From Tubiluchus corallicola (Eukaryota; Animalia; Priapulida): a stretch of DNA of 64,000 nt. The translations under genes were made by a program, and so were the position numbers. Where the stretch lies: positions 650,261 to 714,260 of the forward strand of contig JAQGDQ010000073.1 of NCBI GenBank assembly GCA_030141605.1. The letters are read 5' to 3'. This document shows, piece by piece, positions 1-10,200 of the stretch; the first letter of the stretch is position 1; every line of letters starts with the position of its first letter. Under the pieces are notes generated by a model, which saw only the letters and a program-made list of their open reading frames with translations, was not told where the DNA came from and did not search any database.

Positions 1-750
1 ATTTTTAAATTATAGTGAAATGATTACCTGATTGTGAATCTAAGATGTTCGACCAATAAGGTTGCTTAACTAGGAATATAAGCATTATTCTTTTTATATT
101 TATCATAGACAATTGCCTTTATGATGCTTTGAGAATTGAGGAATCCTTCTTATACATTTAAATTATGCTGAAATGATTTTCAAAACGTAAAATCCAAGAT
201 GTCTGACCAGTATGGCTAAAAGCAATCAAAATGGCCAGTGACTCTATTAATGCAAGTTTAAAACCTAAAAATTGGCTGGGCTTATGCCCTAACAGATCAT
301 ATTGAACGTACACAATGGAAACCTACTTTTGCTTTTTATTTGTGAAGAACAGAATGGTTCATGGATACCAGCATAACATGCATATATCCATAATAAACTA
401 AAGTGAGATTGTGACTGTCACAGTTTGTTTGACAGTGGTGAGTTTCATTTCGTATGTAAGGCTAGCTGAAAATCTGAAGACACTGTTACAACTGTATGAT
501 GACATTTACGTCTTCTATAGTGTATACTTGTGAATTTAGTAAAGCATGCTTTTTGGCTTAGCTAGGGCTTTAACCAGCTGCAAACAATTTATCCCTTGTT
601 TTCCTACATTTTCAATAGTAGGAAACAGAACTGCACTTTGTGGGTATTCAGTGATACATTTTTACAAAAAGCATCTATGCATATTGATATATATCCTTAG
701 ACATCCATGCGTAATCTATGGATTACGGATTTGCGCCCCTGAAAAAATCC

Positions 751-1503
751 TACCCAACTGTCAGTTTCAGTGCAAAAACTGAGTTTATGGGGAGAAATGA
801 TGGCTTTCTTTTCAGACGCTGTAGCAATCAAGGACTCTTAACCTTGTGAGTGGGGAACTGGCAGCACTGGGATAAATGCATGAAGGGGTTGAGATGTGGA
901 CATTGTAAAGGCTGCAAATTAAGCTCCACTCTTATGTGCAGGAGCCTCGATTTCATTTAGACAAGCCAGCAATTCCTAAAGCATACGACATCAGCAAAAT
1001 GAAACAAGTCTCGTGTAGTGCTCACAATGCTATTTATTGATGTGATACAACTTTACAGATTTTTAATGTTGGGCAAAGTCAGCATTCCAAAAAATTGTTG
1101 ATAGTGAACCGACTGTACACGCTTGCACGAATGCATTTCTGCCCAAATCATGCAAATAATGTTATAGAAGTCTTGGGAAGCAAGGCAATGGTCATTTTGT
1201 TTCCTGCCAAGATTACCGATTTATTTGCTTCTTTGCATTGCGGCCTTTTTAAACAACACTATTTCTGTAAAGTCATTTCTTATGCCAGAATGTCTTTTTC
1301 CTCCAGAGTGCTCAACTAAATGTCATTGCCTTAAAGCTGATTATAATATGGATCAGATTGGGATGAAAAATGGATAGTTATCTGTTTTCCTGTCCGTTAT
1401 GACCAAGAAAACTGCTATCCCGGAGAGCATTCTTTAGTCTGTCCATTGTAAATGCAACCAACCATGGTGTAGTTGCAGAGGATGCAGATTGCCTTGCATT
1501 CAT
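751..1503 (+). pseudogene. Academ-like transposase C-terminal part, frameshifted with stops
   Basis: Consecutive + strand fragments in the expected order: YPTVSFSAKTEFMGRNDGFL (751), CDTTLQIFNVG (1041, GCDTTS-type motif), KSAFQKIVDSEPTVHACTNAF, VIEVLGSKAMVILF..ITD, MPECLFPPECSTKCHCLKADY (PExLPPT...H motif), and MTKKTAIPESIL*SVHCKCNQPWCSCRGCRLPC (1399, Cys-rich C-terminus). Confidence 0.78.
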
Positions 1504-1736
1504 AGAACCCCAAAGCATTAGATTAAGTCCAAATTTCTTTATCTATAATGAATATTGAATAGTAATGCACATTTTCATAGTTATCGAATATGTTTGTCGG
1601 CCATCTTGGATTTCACTATTTTCCAATCACGTCATCTTAATTTAATTATGTAAAGTGGTTCCTCAATCTCCCAAAACAATGGGTTAGGCAACAAAATTCT
1701 TTGCTAACGAATACTGAAAGAACAATGGACATTTTG

Positions 1737-2046
1737 TAGTATGGCTGTCATACTGATCCTCCATCTTGGATTTTGCAGTTTTGTAATCACTTTACTGTGA
1801 TTTAAATATGTAAATTGGATTCTTCAGTTCCTAAAACATGTGTACCAAAATTACTTTCAAAGGACGGATAATAAAGGACTAATAAGCATTTTAGTATGGC
1901 TGTCATACTGATCCTCCATCTTGGATTTTGCAGTTTTGTAATCACTTTACTGTGATTTAAATATGTAAATTGGATTCTTCAGTTCCTAAAACATGGGTAC
2001 CAAAATTACTTTCAAAGGACGAATAATAAAGGAGTAATAAACATTT
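1737..2046. repeat. Two near-identical 155-bp tandem units within the Academ right TIR
   Basis: TAGTATGGCTGTCATACTGATCCTCCATCTTGG begins at 1737 and again at 1892. Only about 4 substitutions are visible between the copies. Confidence 0.92.
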
Positions 2047-2529
2047 TCCAGATTTAATGGCCGTCTTTGACACGGTCTTGAAAGTTAGGCATTTCCACTC
2101 GTCAGACTTTGGTAAACCTTTGGCATGTTATTAATCGCCCTGATACTGTATTGCTGTTGAAAAACCTTTGTGGCCATTTTTGGGTTCTAAGAATAAATCT
2201 ACAATTGTTAAATTGTCATAACTGGAATTACTGCCTGTTAAAAAAGATTAAAAGATTGGTTAAAAAACTGAATAATGGTAGAATTATTCCATCATTCATT
2301 TAAATTTGTGGAGAGTTTAAAGTGTACATATAGTTAATATAGTTAAAGGACAAGAAAATGGCTAACCGAAGTAAGCCTCAGAAAATTCGCAATAAAAAAT
2401 AATATCACCTAAGTGCAATCTTAAGCGAATAAAGTACTCACGTTTGCGCATTTACTCCAATTTTTGTGAAATATTTCAACCGCTGCAGTAAACGTTGGCG
2501 CAGACATGTTTCATTTAGTCTGCCAATTG

Positions 2530-2703
2530 AAAAGCCAGCATGTGACGTGGCATGACATCACTTGAACACAGTCTCGCAGTGAGTTCTGAGCATGTGTGCC
2601 ATAAAGATTTGTGTTATGGTTCTGTGACGCCATCTAATATGGCACCGCCGTGACAGTCTCTCGGGAGTATTTAAAATGAAAACAAATAAGAAATTCTTTT
2701 AAC
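2530..2703 (+). promoter_or_regulatory. Putative promoter and first non-coding exon of the TIGD-like gene
   Basis: Locally CpG-richer patch with TGACGT/TGACATCA (CRE-like) and GCCATCT/ATATGGC (YY1-like) motifs. It is followed by donor GTGAGT (2704) and acceptor ttatccttgtattgcAG (2870), then donor GTAAGT (3133) and acceptors at 3458 or 3473 just before ATG 3498. Confidence 0.45.
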
Positions 2704-3318
2704 GTGAGTATGATAAACGCTTAAGATTGTCTCTAACCATTATAATTCTTTAGCGAAACTTTTCTGAGACTAGTTTTAACTAGGCCTTTTCTCATCCTTT
2801 AAGTGTCTAATTCTCAGCACCTTTTTTGTAACACTATAAAATTTTATGAAATTTTATCCTTGTATTGCAGGCAAAGACACCGGAACAGTGGGAGGCATCA
2901 GATAAGAAAGTTGAGAGTTCTCCAGCTTGTGGGGGAGGCTTTGGAAAATAAATGTGTCGGCAGTAAAAGTGTCGAATGACTTTTCCCGTGATGTGTCACT
3001 TATAAATACTGTGTGAATTGATCCCGTGAATAGAAACAATGAGTTTGTACAATTTACAATGACTTGTTTTAATTTGGCTTTGATGGAGTTTTATCAGGAA
3101 GGTTGAGTCTTTAACTGTCAATTTGTGTTTTAGTAAGTAGGTAATCATTTAGTAATGTCTTATTTAATGATGATTAGTTTTAACAAGATGAAGTTTTATG
3201 TCCATGTTCTTTTCGTAACGATCAAGTCTATTGAATTAACTCGAATTTTTTATCATATTTGAAACGTTAAATTTTTACTCATGTTGACATGTCTAAAAGC
3301 AGCTATTTACGCATATGT

Positions 3319-5279
3319 CAGGCTAATGTAATTTGAGTAATATGACATAATTTGTTCCTCATATATAACTCTATACGGTTGTCATGTGCAAATTTTTCAA
3401 TAGCATGTGAATTTTGTGAGTTAATTCCATGTGAAATTACTTTGTTTACCTTTAATAGTGTTATTTACACTAGTAGAAGAATTCTTCACGAGTAAACATG
3501 ACTAGCTTAAAACAGAAAAGGAGAACCATAACATTAGAAACCAAACTTGAAATTTTAAAGCGGTTTGATTCCGGAGATAGAGCAGTTGACATCAGTAGGG
3601 CATTTGGTTTACCTCAGTCAACTGTTAAGTGTATTCGTAATAGTGCAGAAAAAATTAAAGCGAGTGAAAAGAGTGCTATACCAGCTGGTGCTGCTAGGTT
3701 AACCAGAATAAGAAGTGCAACAATTGAAAGAGTCGAGAAATTGCTTTCACTTTGGATAGATGACCATTCTCAACGTGCAGTCCCGCTTAGTACCAGTGTC
3801 ATTCAGGCTAAAGCACTAAGTTTGTTTAAAGATGTTCAGACGAAGGAAGGGATAGGATCTCAAGAAGAAACGTTCAGTGCAAGTCGGGGGTGGCTTCATC
3901 GCTTCAAACAACGCTACTATTATCGTAGCATTAAAGTAGATAGTGAAGCAGCCAGTGCAGATGCTGATGTAACACAGAAGTTTGCAGAAGAGCTCAAGAC
4001 TATCATTGAAGAAGGTGGGTATTCAAGCAAGCAAGTGTTCAATGTCGACGAGACTGGGCTGTTTTGGAAAAAAATGCCCTGTTGCACATACATATCATGT
4101 GAAGAAAAAACAGCACCTGGATTTAAAGCAGAAAGAGACAAACTGACGTTACTCCTGGGTGGAAATGCAGCCGGAGACATGAAAATGAAACCACTTTTGG
4201 TGTATCACTCGGCAAACCCACGAGCATTGAAGGGTTATTCAAAAGACCATTTACCTGTAATTTGGCGACATAACAAGAAAGCAAGGATGACAGGCAAAAT
4301 TTTTTGTGAATGGCTGAGTGTGTATGCTATCCCAGCATGGAAAGAATACTGTACTCAACAGAACATAGATTTCAAAATTCTTTTGCTTATTGACAGTGCA
4401 CCTTCACATCCAATAAATCTTGACGATCTTTGTGACAATGTAAAGATTGTCTTCCTGCCGCCAAATATTACAACATCAGTGCAGCCAATGGAACAAGGTG
4501 CAATAGCTGCTTTCAAAGCGTACTATCTCCATCACCTTTTTGTGCAATTAATTACTGCAACTGATGGTGAAGATAAGCCGACTATCCGGTTTTACTGGCG
4601 AGCATACAACATTTTACACAGCCTGGATAACATAAAAGAAGCATGGGCTTCAGTTAGTGCAGTGCTCATGAATGGTGTGTGGCTGAAGTTATGGCCAGAG
4701 TGTGTGACAAAAACAATGCAAGAGGATGCTGTTTCATCAATAAATGAAGAGACACTGCAATTGGCAAAACTTGCAGGTTTTAGCAGTTTGGAAAGACATG
4801 ATATAGAAGAAGTGCTGGAATCTCATGAAGAAGAATTGACTAATGAAGAGCTGCTAGAATTAGAAGAACATAAGGCTGTCCTGCAAGAAGATGATGACTC
4901 GGATCCTGAGCCACAGCGCACATTAACCTTGAGTCGTCTGAGTGAAGCTTTCAAGAGTATTGACACTGCTATGGAAATTTTTTGCGAAGATGATCCAAAT
5001 AGAGAGCGAAGTTCAAAAGTGTGCCACAACATTGCTGATGCCTTACATTGCTATAAAGAAATATTCACTGAAAAAAAGAAAAAAATGTTTCAATCGACTT
5101 GAGCATAATTTAGATGCATCGCTGCATGTCGAATGTCTATATTAAACATATGTGTAAGTCATATTATCATGCTTATTATGGTTATTATCTTATTATGATC
5201 TTTATTAAGTCATGTTATGTCGTGCCGTAAAGTCGATCAGTCATGAGTTGCATAGATCGTAAGTCGATGAGATTGCCTG
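3319..5279 (+). mobile_element. Eroded Tigger-like element boundaries around the TIGD-like ORF
   Basis: 3' end GATCGTAAGTCGATGAGATTGCCTG (to 5279) resembles Tigger GTCGTAAGTCG...CCTG termini. The 5' candidate CAGGCTAATG...ATGACATAATTTGTTCC (3319) is very degenerate. No TA duplication survives. Confidence 0.4.
3498..5102 (+). CDS. Tigger/pogo transposase-derived protein (TIGD1-like): Psq/CENP-B HTH, Tc5 HTH, DDE_1 domain, acidic C-terminus
   Basis: Uninterrupted 534-aa ORF with KRRTITLETKLEIL, FSASRGWLHRFKQR, EAASAD, QVFNVDETGLFWKKMP, LTLLLGGNAAGD, LLLIDSAPSH, FLPPNITTSVQPMEQG and LESHEEELTNEELLEL. AATAAA follows near 5299. Confidence 0.95.
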   Translation: MTSLKQKRRTITLETKLEILKRFDSGDRAVDISRAFGLPQSTVKCIRNSAEKIKASEKSAIPAGAARLTRIRSATIERVEKLLSLWIDDHSQRAVPLSTSVIQAKALSLFKDVQTKEGIGSQEETFSASRGWLHRFKQRYYYRSIKVDSEAASADADVTQKFAEELKTIIEEGGYSSKQVFNVDETGLFWKKMPCCTYISCEEKTAPGFKAERDKLTLLLGGNAAGDMKMKPLLVYHSANPRALKGYSKDHLPVIWRHNKKARMTGKIFCEWLSVYAIPAWKEYCTQQNIDFKILLLIDSAPSHPINLDDLCDNVKIVFLPPNITTSVQPMEQGAIAAFKAYYLHHLFVQLITATDGEDKPTIRFYWRAYNILHSLDNIKEAWASVSAVLMNGVWLKLWPECVTKTMQEDAVSSINEETLQLAKLAGFSSLERHDIEEVLESHEEELTNEELLELEEHKAVLQEDDDSDPEPQRTLTLSRLSEAFKSIDTAMEIFCEDDPNRERSSKVCHNIADALHCYKEIFTEKKKKMFQST

Positions 5280-6359
5280 TCCTAGAATAATAAGTGTGGA
5301 ATAAAAGAAGTCGACTGAGACTGTTGAAGACGTTGGCAATGTTATTGCTATCTTGGCTTACAGAGGGTAAAGAAATCCAATGTATGCACTGAGCTGTGTT
5401 ATAAGCAAACTCTGTGCAAGTTATAAAGTCGCTACATTATTTTATTGTAACAGTGTATATTTATAGTTTTTATGTAGTCTAAAATTGCATAAGTGTTTCC
5501 GACTTTAGAGTTTTCAACAGTAATGTAATTGAGTTGGTTAGGCACTGAACTCAAAACTGCCCTGTCTGTGGTCCAGATTTCATGTTGTGTTGTCTTAAAA
5601 GAAATGTTGTTGTTACGTGTTTCATTGAAAGATATTTGTTGTTTATTTTGTAACACTGTTATTAGTATATTAGTGAATTGTGATTTGTTGTGTTGTTCTG
5701 CATCTGTGTATAAGCGTGTTCTTCAAGAATAACCATTATTTTGTGAAAACAGACACCTGAACCGATTTAGTATTGAAGAAAGTTGTCAAAACTAGTTCAA
5801 AACGAATGTAGGTAATAAACTTTACAGTATTATTAAAATTTGAAATATTATCTTCGACTTTTTGTTCAATGAAATAATCAGGGTTCTATTACTGTGTTTT
5901 TTCCAGTACTACCGATATCAAGTTAAAATGTATTTTACTCGAGTGATGTAGACCTGTGTAGCTCTAAAGTTTTAGTAAATTACCGCGCGATGGAGCCACG
6001 TACATGTATGTGTATAATTATAGTACTAGTTGATTTTTGTGTAGAACATACTACACGACTAAATGTATGGGGGCGCTCAGTTGCCGTCTTAGCAGAGAAA
6101 ACTGCACGTATGTTCCTATGTATATGCACAAGCGGATCGGCTAAATGAATAATAATAAAATTGGCCCGATGTGCGTTTCCATAAATTCAATTTATTTTTC
6201 ATTTATCATTTTTTTGTATATTAACTTTTAGCGACTACGTGCTATCCCATAAAGTGTATGTTAGCAAGGCTGGACTTAGTTTTGATTGTTTTTTTGCTGG
6301 CTAATCTTGTTCGCTCCACATAAGTTGTCTAAAAGCTGGTTAAAATCATCCAAGTATTT

Positions 6360-6995
6360 ATCGCGGCGAGATCAAAGGTTTTCACTCGCTTGAAGTTTTA
6401 CAGATAAACAGTAATAATGTTTCACTAATAAACACTGATTAGATAGAAAAGATGAAGTTTGTGACTTTAGGGTGTTAAAATTGGTGTTTATATTAGCAGC
6501 GGGTGTGGCAACAAAATATTTTTAGGCTGTAAGTAAACTATTTTTGAAATTAATGAATTAATTAAAACTCTGACATTGCCAAAGTGACATTGGGAAATCA
6601 ACGCAGCCAGCGTGTCAGGGTTAGAGATGAAAATAACAAAGCATGGGTCTTGATTTGATGTTCTGGGTGCTGTTAAGATGAGCTGACGGCAGGAAAGCTA
6701 AATGTTTTGCTGAAATCCCACCTTCTCACTGAGCAACTCCAACTACTTTGATTGGCACTTGATCAAGTAACTTGTCAATCAAAAATGATGGCTTTGTGCT
6801 TAAGTTTGTATTCTCCGCCGCTGGGTGATGCTGCCAAAATAATCGCGTGCTGTGATTGGTTGAGTAGGCGGCGGAACTGACGACACGCGCAGTAGAGAGA
6901 TAGCTCCATGGCTGCGTGTAGGGTCTGTAAAAGGTTTATTCCGACTTTGAACAGTGAATATCAAAGTTTGTTAAACGTAAGTAACTCCTTGCATC
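6360..6995 (+). promoter_or_regulatory. TCF gene promoter and 5' leader with CCAAT boxes and TCF/LEF binding motifs
   Basis: ATTGG at 6751 and 6856; CpG-rich 6810-6900. TCF motifs AGATCAAAGG 6369-6378, CTTTGAT 6746-6752, CTTTGAAC 6945-6952 and ATCAAAG 6960-6966. GCCGC-type motifs at 6363, about 6817 and 6867. Confidence 0.7.
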
Positions 6996-7139
6996 ATGCC
7001 GCATGTCAATGGAAGCAGCGGCGATGATTTGGCGTCATCCGACGAAGTGAAAGTGTACAAAGACGAGGGAGATGAATCCAAAAATAAATCGGAAAGCATA
7101 CTTCGTGAAGATAAACTCAATCTTGTCAGCGAGACTGAG
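6996..7139 (+). CDS. TCF: TCF/LEF (pangolin) coding exon 1: beta-catenin-binding domain
   Basis: Translates [48 protein letters not shown], matching the TCF/LEF signature (GDDLG.NDE.I.FKDEG...D.KSSLV.ESE). Ends at phase-0 donor GAG|GTGAGG. Confidence 0.96.
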
Positions 7140-7234
7140 GTGAGGACCGAATTAAAACTTTTTAAATAGTTTTTCGCTAGTTTTCAATTCTTGTTTTCTG
7201 TATTTTGTTATTATATTATGGGTATTTTTTGCAG

Positions 7235-7292
7235 GATAAACCTAGTTCATCTGAAAGACGAGAGGATGATAGCAGGCGACGGGTTGAAAACG
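7235..7292 (+). CDS. TCF: TCF/LEF coding exon 2
   Basis: 95-nt intron ending ttttttgcAG. The exon reads DKPSSSERREDDSRRRVEN+G in frame and ends at donor G|GTGAGT (phase 1). Confidence 0.88.
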
Positions 7293-10200
7293 GTGAGTAC
7301 AGCTAGTGCAGTGATTCATACTTGGGTTAGCCTCAGTGTGTTGTCATGATGAATGTCAGTGATTGGGCTCAAGTGAAATTAGCATGGATGGCTGCTGATT
7401 ATAGAGAGTATGTTTATCAAAGATAATGGCAATAAATAAAATATAGTTAAATATAGCCAATCAATTGATGATAGTTAAAGCTGTATTCTTTAATATCTGA
7501 GTAAGTTATCACCAACATTATTTTTTTTATAATTTCAATAATGTTGTACCCACATACTTTCTTGGAGACTGTACACACATGGTTTTTTTTGGAAGAATTT
7601 TATTAAATATGGAATGTTTTATTTTGGAATTTTTTGTGAAGTTGTTAAAAACGAAAATTTTTAATACTGCCAAAGATTTAAAAATAATTTGAACCTGTCA
7701 ATAAAAACATGAATTAAGTATACATGTGTTGACTTAGAGTCTGCCTAATGCACCATTTCAGTGACATCGCATAAATTTTACAATAGTTATTTTGGTAGTC
7801 AAAAGAACTCATTTGCAAATATTATTCAACATCAATTTTTGTGGTATGTGCGAGAAATGGTTTTTAATGACATTGTTTGTATTGATGTATGTGTGCATTT
7901 CGATCTAGCTAGTTTAGTTTTTATCTTGTACAAGCTGTACATAGAGCTTGTACTCCTCTACTAAAGTTAATTAGTTTTAAGAGCTAAGTACTTGCATGTA
8001 AAAGTGTAACAGTAATGTTACTTAAAAAATTATATATGAAAATATGTCTTAAATATACTCCATCAATTTCAGTAGTCTTGTATGTTTTGGGTCAAACACA
8101 CATTGCAACTGTGTAAACTGAAATAGTGTTAAAACTGCGTAGATCTTTTATGCCATCTAAAATATCAATGGTGAAACTATAGATCTGTATAGCTATTGTA
8201 GTAGTTCGTAGGATAAGACTAGTAGCTGATTAGGAAATCTTTTTTGAATTAAACAAAACCAATTGTAAATTACATTAAAAAATCTAAGTGTCAGTGCCCT
8301 CATAAATTACCTAAAGTTTTTTGTCGTATTTTTTATCATAGTTACTGTGTTACCAGTATTTACTTTAACTTAGTAAATGATTTTTGTATTCTCCGCAAGT
8401 GCTCAATTTTTTACACATTAGAGACAAACCCATAATTTCCCTTTTTTTATAAAGTGTTATGGCCACACATAGAAGCTAATACATTAATACATTATGTATA
8501 ATCTTAGCAATGGCCCATTTCATCCTGTAATGATAAATAATATAATTTATTTGTTGATTTGTACACAGGTCAGGTTTGTGCATAGTATTAGTTAGCTTTA
8601 TGTGCTGTACAAATGCCTGGGGGGCAGGGGTGAATTTTGAACAAGCCTTGTTGATGCAGCGCTAATAATCTCTAAACTTGTTTAGTTTACTTCACCTGTG
8701 CATTTTCACTTACCATATAAAAACAGTATAACAAATATGATATTTCAGAAAGCATTCTTAGTTTTAACGTAAGTAATAAAATGTTCACTAAATTTTTCTC
8801 TGAAAGATAATGCATATTGCAAAATAATATATCTCATTCTTCCATATTTGTTTGTTTGGCAATAATAATTTCAGACCAGGATCACATGTAAATTTTGTAG
8901 TTTTTATAGTGTCGGAGTTCTCAAACATGTGGCAACTCTAATTAGACTGTCCACCTGCTGTCATAATTTTATAACTGACTTGATAAAATAATTAATTTTA
9001 TATGCTTGATATACAATTTATTTTCTGCTGTAAAATTATGTTATAAGATGGTGAAACTTTTGTAGTGTCAACAGCTGAACGCACTTGTCATTTTGACACA
9101 CTGAAATGTGAAGTGTCAGTGATTTAAATTTTACTGATGTAATTGTATGCTGCCTGATAATAGATCATGTATCTGTCTATGTAATGAGGTGTAATAGCAA
9201 ATTGTATTATGCATTTGTTATGTTTCTGTCTTACAACTTGTAAACTGTCATTTCATTGACATTTCCATGTCATTTTATTGTCATTTCCTCGTTATTTACT
9301 ATGTATGTCCGATCTTCAAAAATATATTGCCACTTCCCTGTGTAATTGATTTTAATTGATTAAAAACCTGTTTTGTTCTGTGCTAGCTACTTTCGCATTC
9401 AAGAATCGATTAGTTTTGGTTATAAATTTATATTAGCCCCAGTTCTCCACTCTACTGTGTGGTAGGAACTGCTGACTACATTCCATTTATTATAATAAAC
9501 TTATATGACGGCGGCAGCTCAAGTCAGTGTGTTACTGTATTTTATGCTTAACAGTGAAATCTGTTTGAACTGGATAAAATTTTCACGTCTTTTTACAGAA
9601 AATTTTTTTCTGTTCATGTTATTGCTGTTTTTATTCATTAAAATTTAGATCTCTTCAAATGTTTCCCATTTTCCATCAAATTCAGGTGTATTCGATAAAC
9701 TGACGTCTGGCATGCATTAGCAACTAAATATTAATATACTTTGAACTAGTTCAAATGATAATTTTTATTAACTTAAATTTTTCTTTGGAAACGTTTACAA
9801 TATTATTATTATGATATGATATGTTAGTTTTTTCTGAATAATTCGTGTGTAAAGTTGTTTTTTTAAAACGCACTTGCTTAGGGGTTAATTTTTGTCTTAT
9901 TTTAACGTAAAATATGTACTATATAATTATCAGGTATAATCTTAATTGTTACATTTTTAACAAAAAATTGAAAATAAGTTTTGGTTTAGTGTTGAGTAAA
10001 AGTTTGAAATTGGAATGTGAGTGTATTTTCTGTTAATGACTGTTAATATTGTTTCTGTTAGAAATTTCACACAAGTTGTCACTTTGAAGTAAAAGTAAGT
10101 AATTATTGATAGAATTCGTTAAAACCTATTTAAAATTACCACAACCTACATGGTACTTTAAATGTTTCGATTTCATAAGATTTCGGTTTTACTTTTGTTC

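Larger units (their letters stand above)
1..2201 (+). mobile_element. Decayed, internally deleted Academ-type DNA transposon (left end lies outside the window)
   Basis: About 155-160-bp units with an AATCCAAGATG-type motif face forward at 1-235 and reverse (CCATCTTGGATT) at about 1590-2070, giving long repetitive TIRs. They enclose a frameshifted transposase. The right end is placed at ...GAATAAATCTA (2201), matching the 5'-TAG...CTA-3' termini of Academ. Family assignment is from recalled motifs. Confidence 0.75.

Noticed and set aside
3920-5145. Short ORFs overlapping the TIGD-like CDS
   Set aside because: Antisense or alternate-frame shadows of a real coding sequence.
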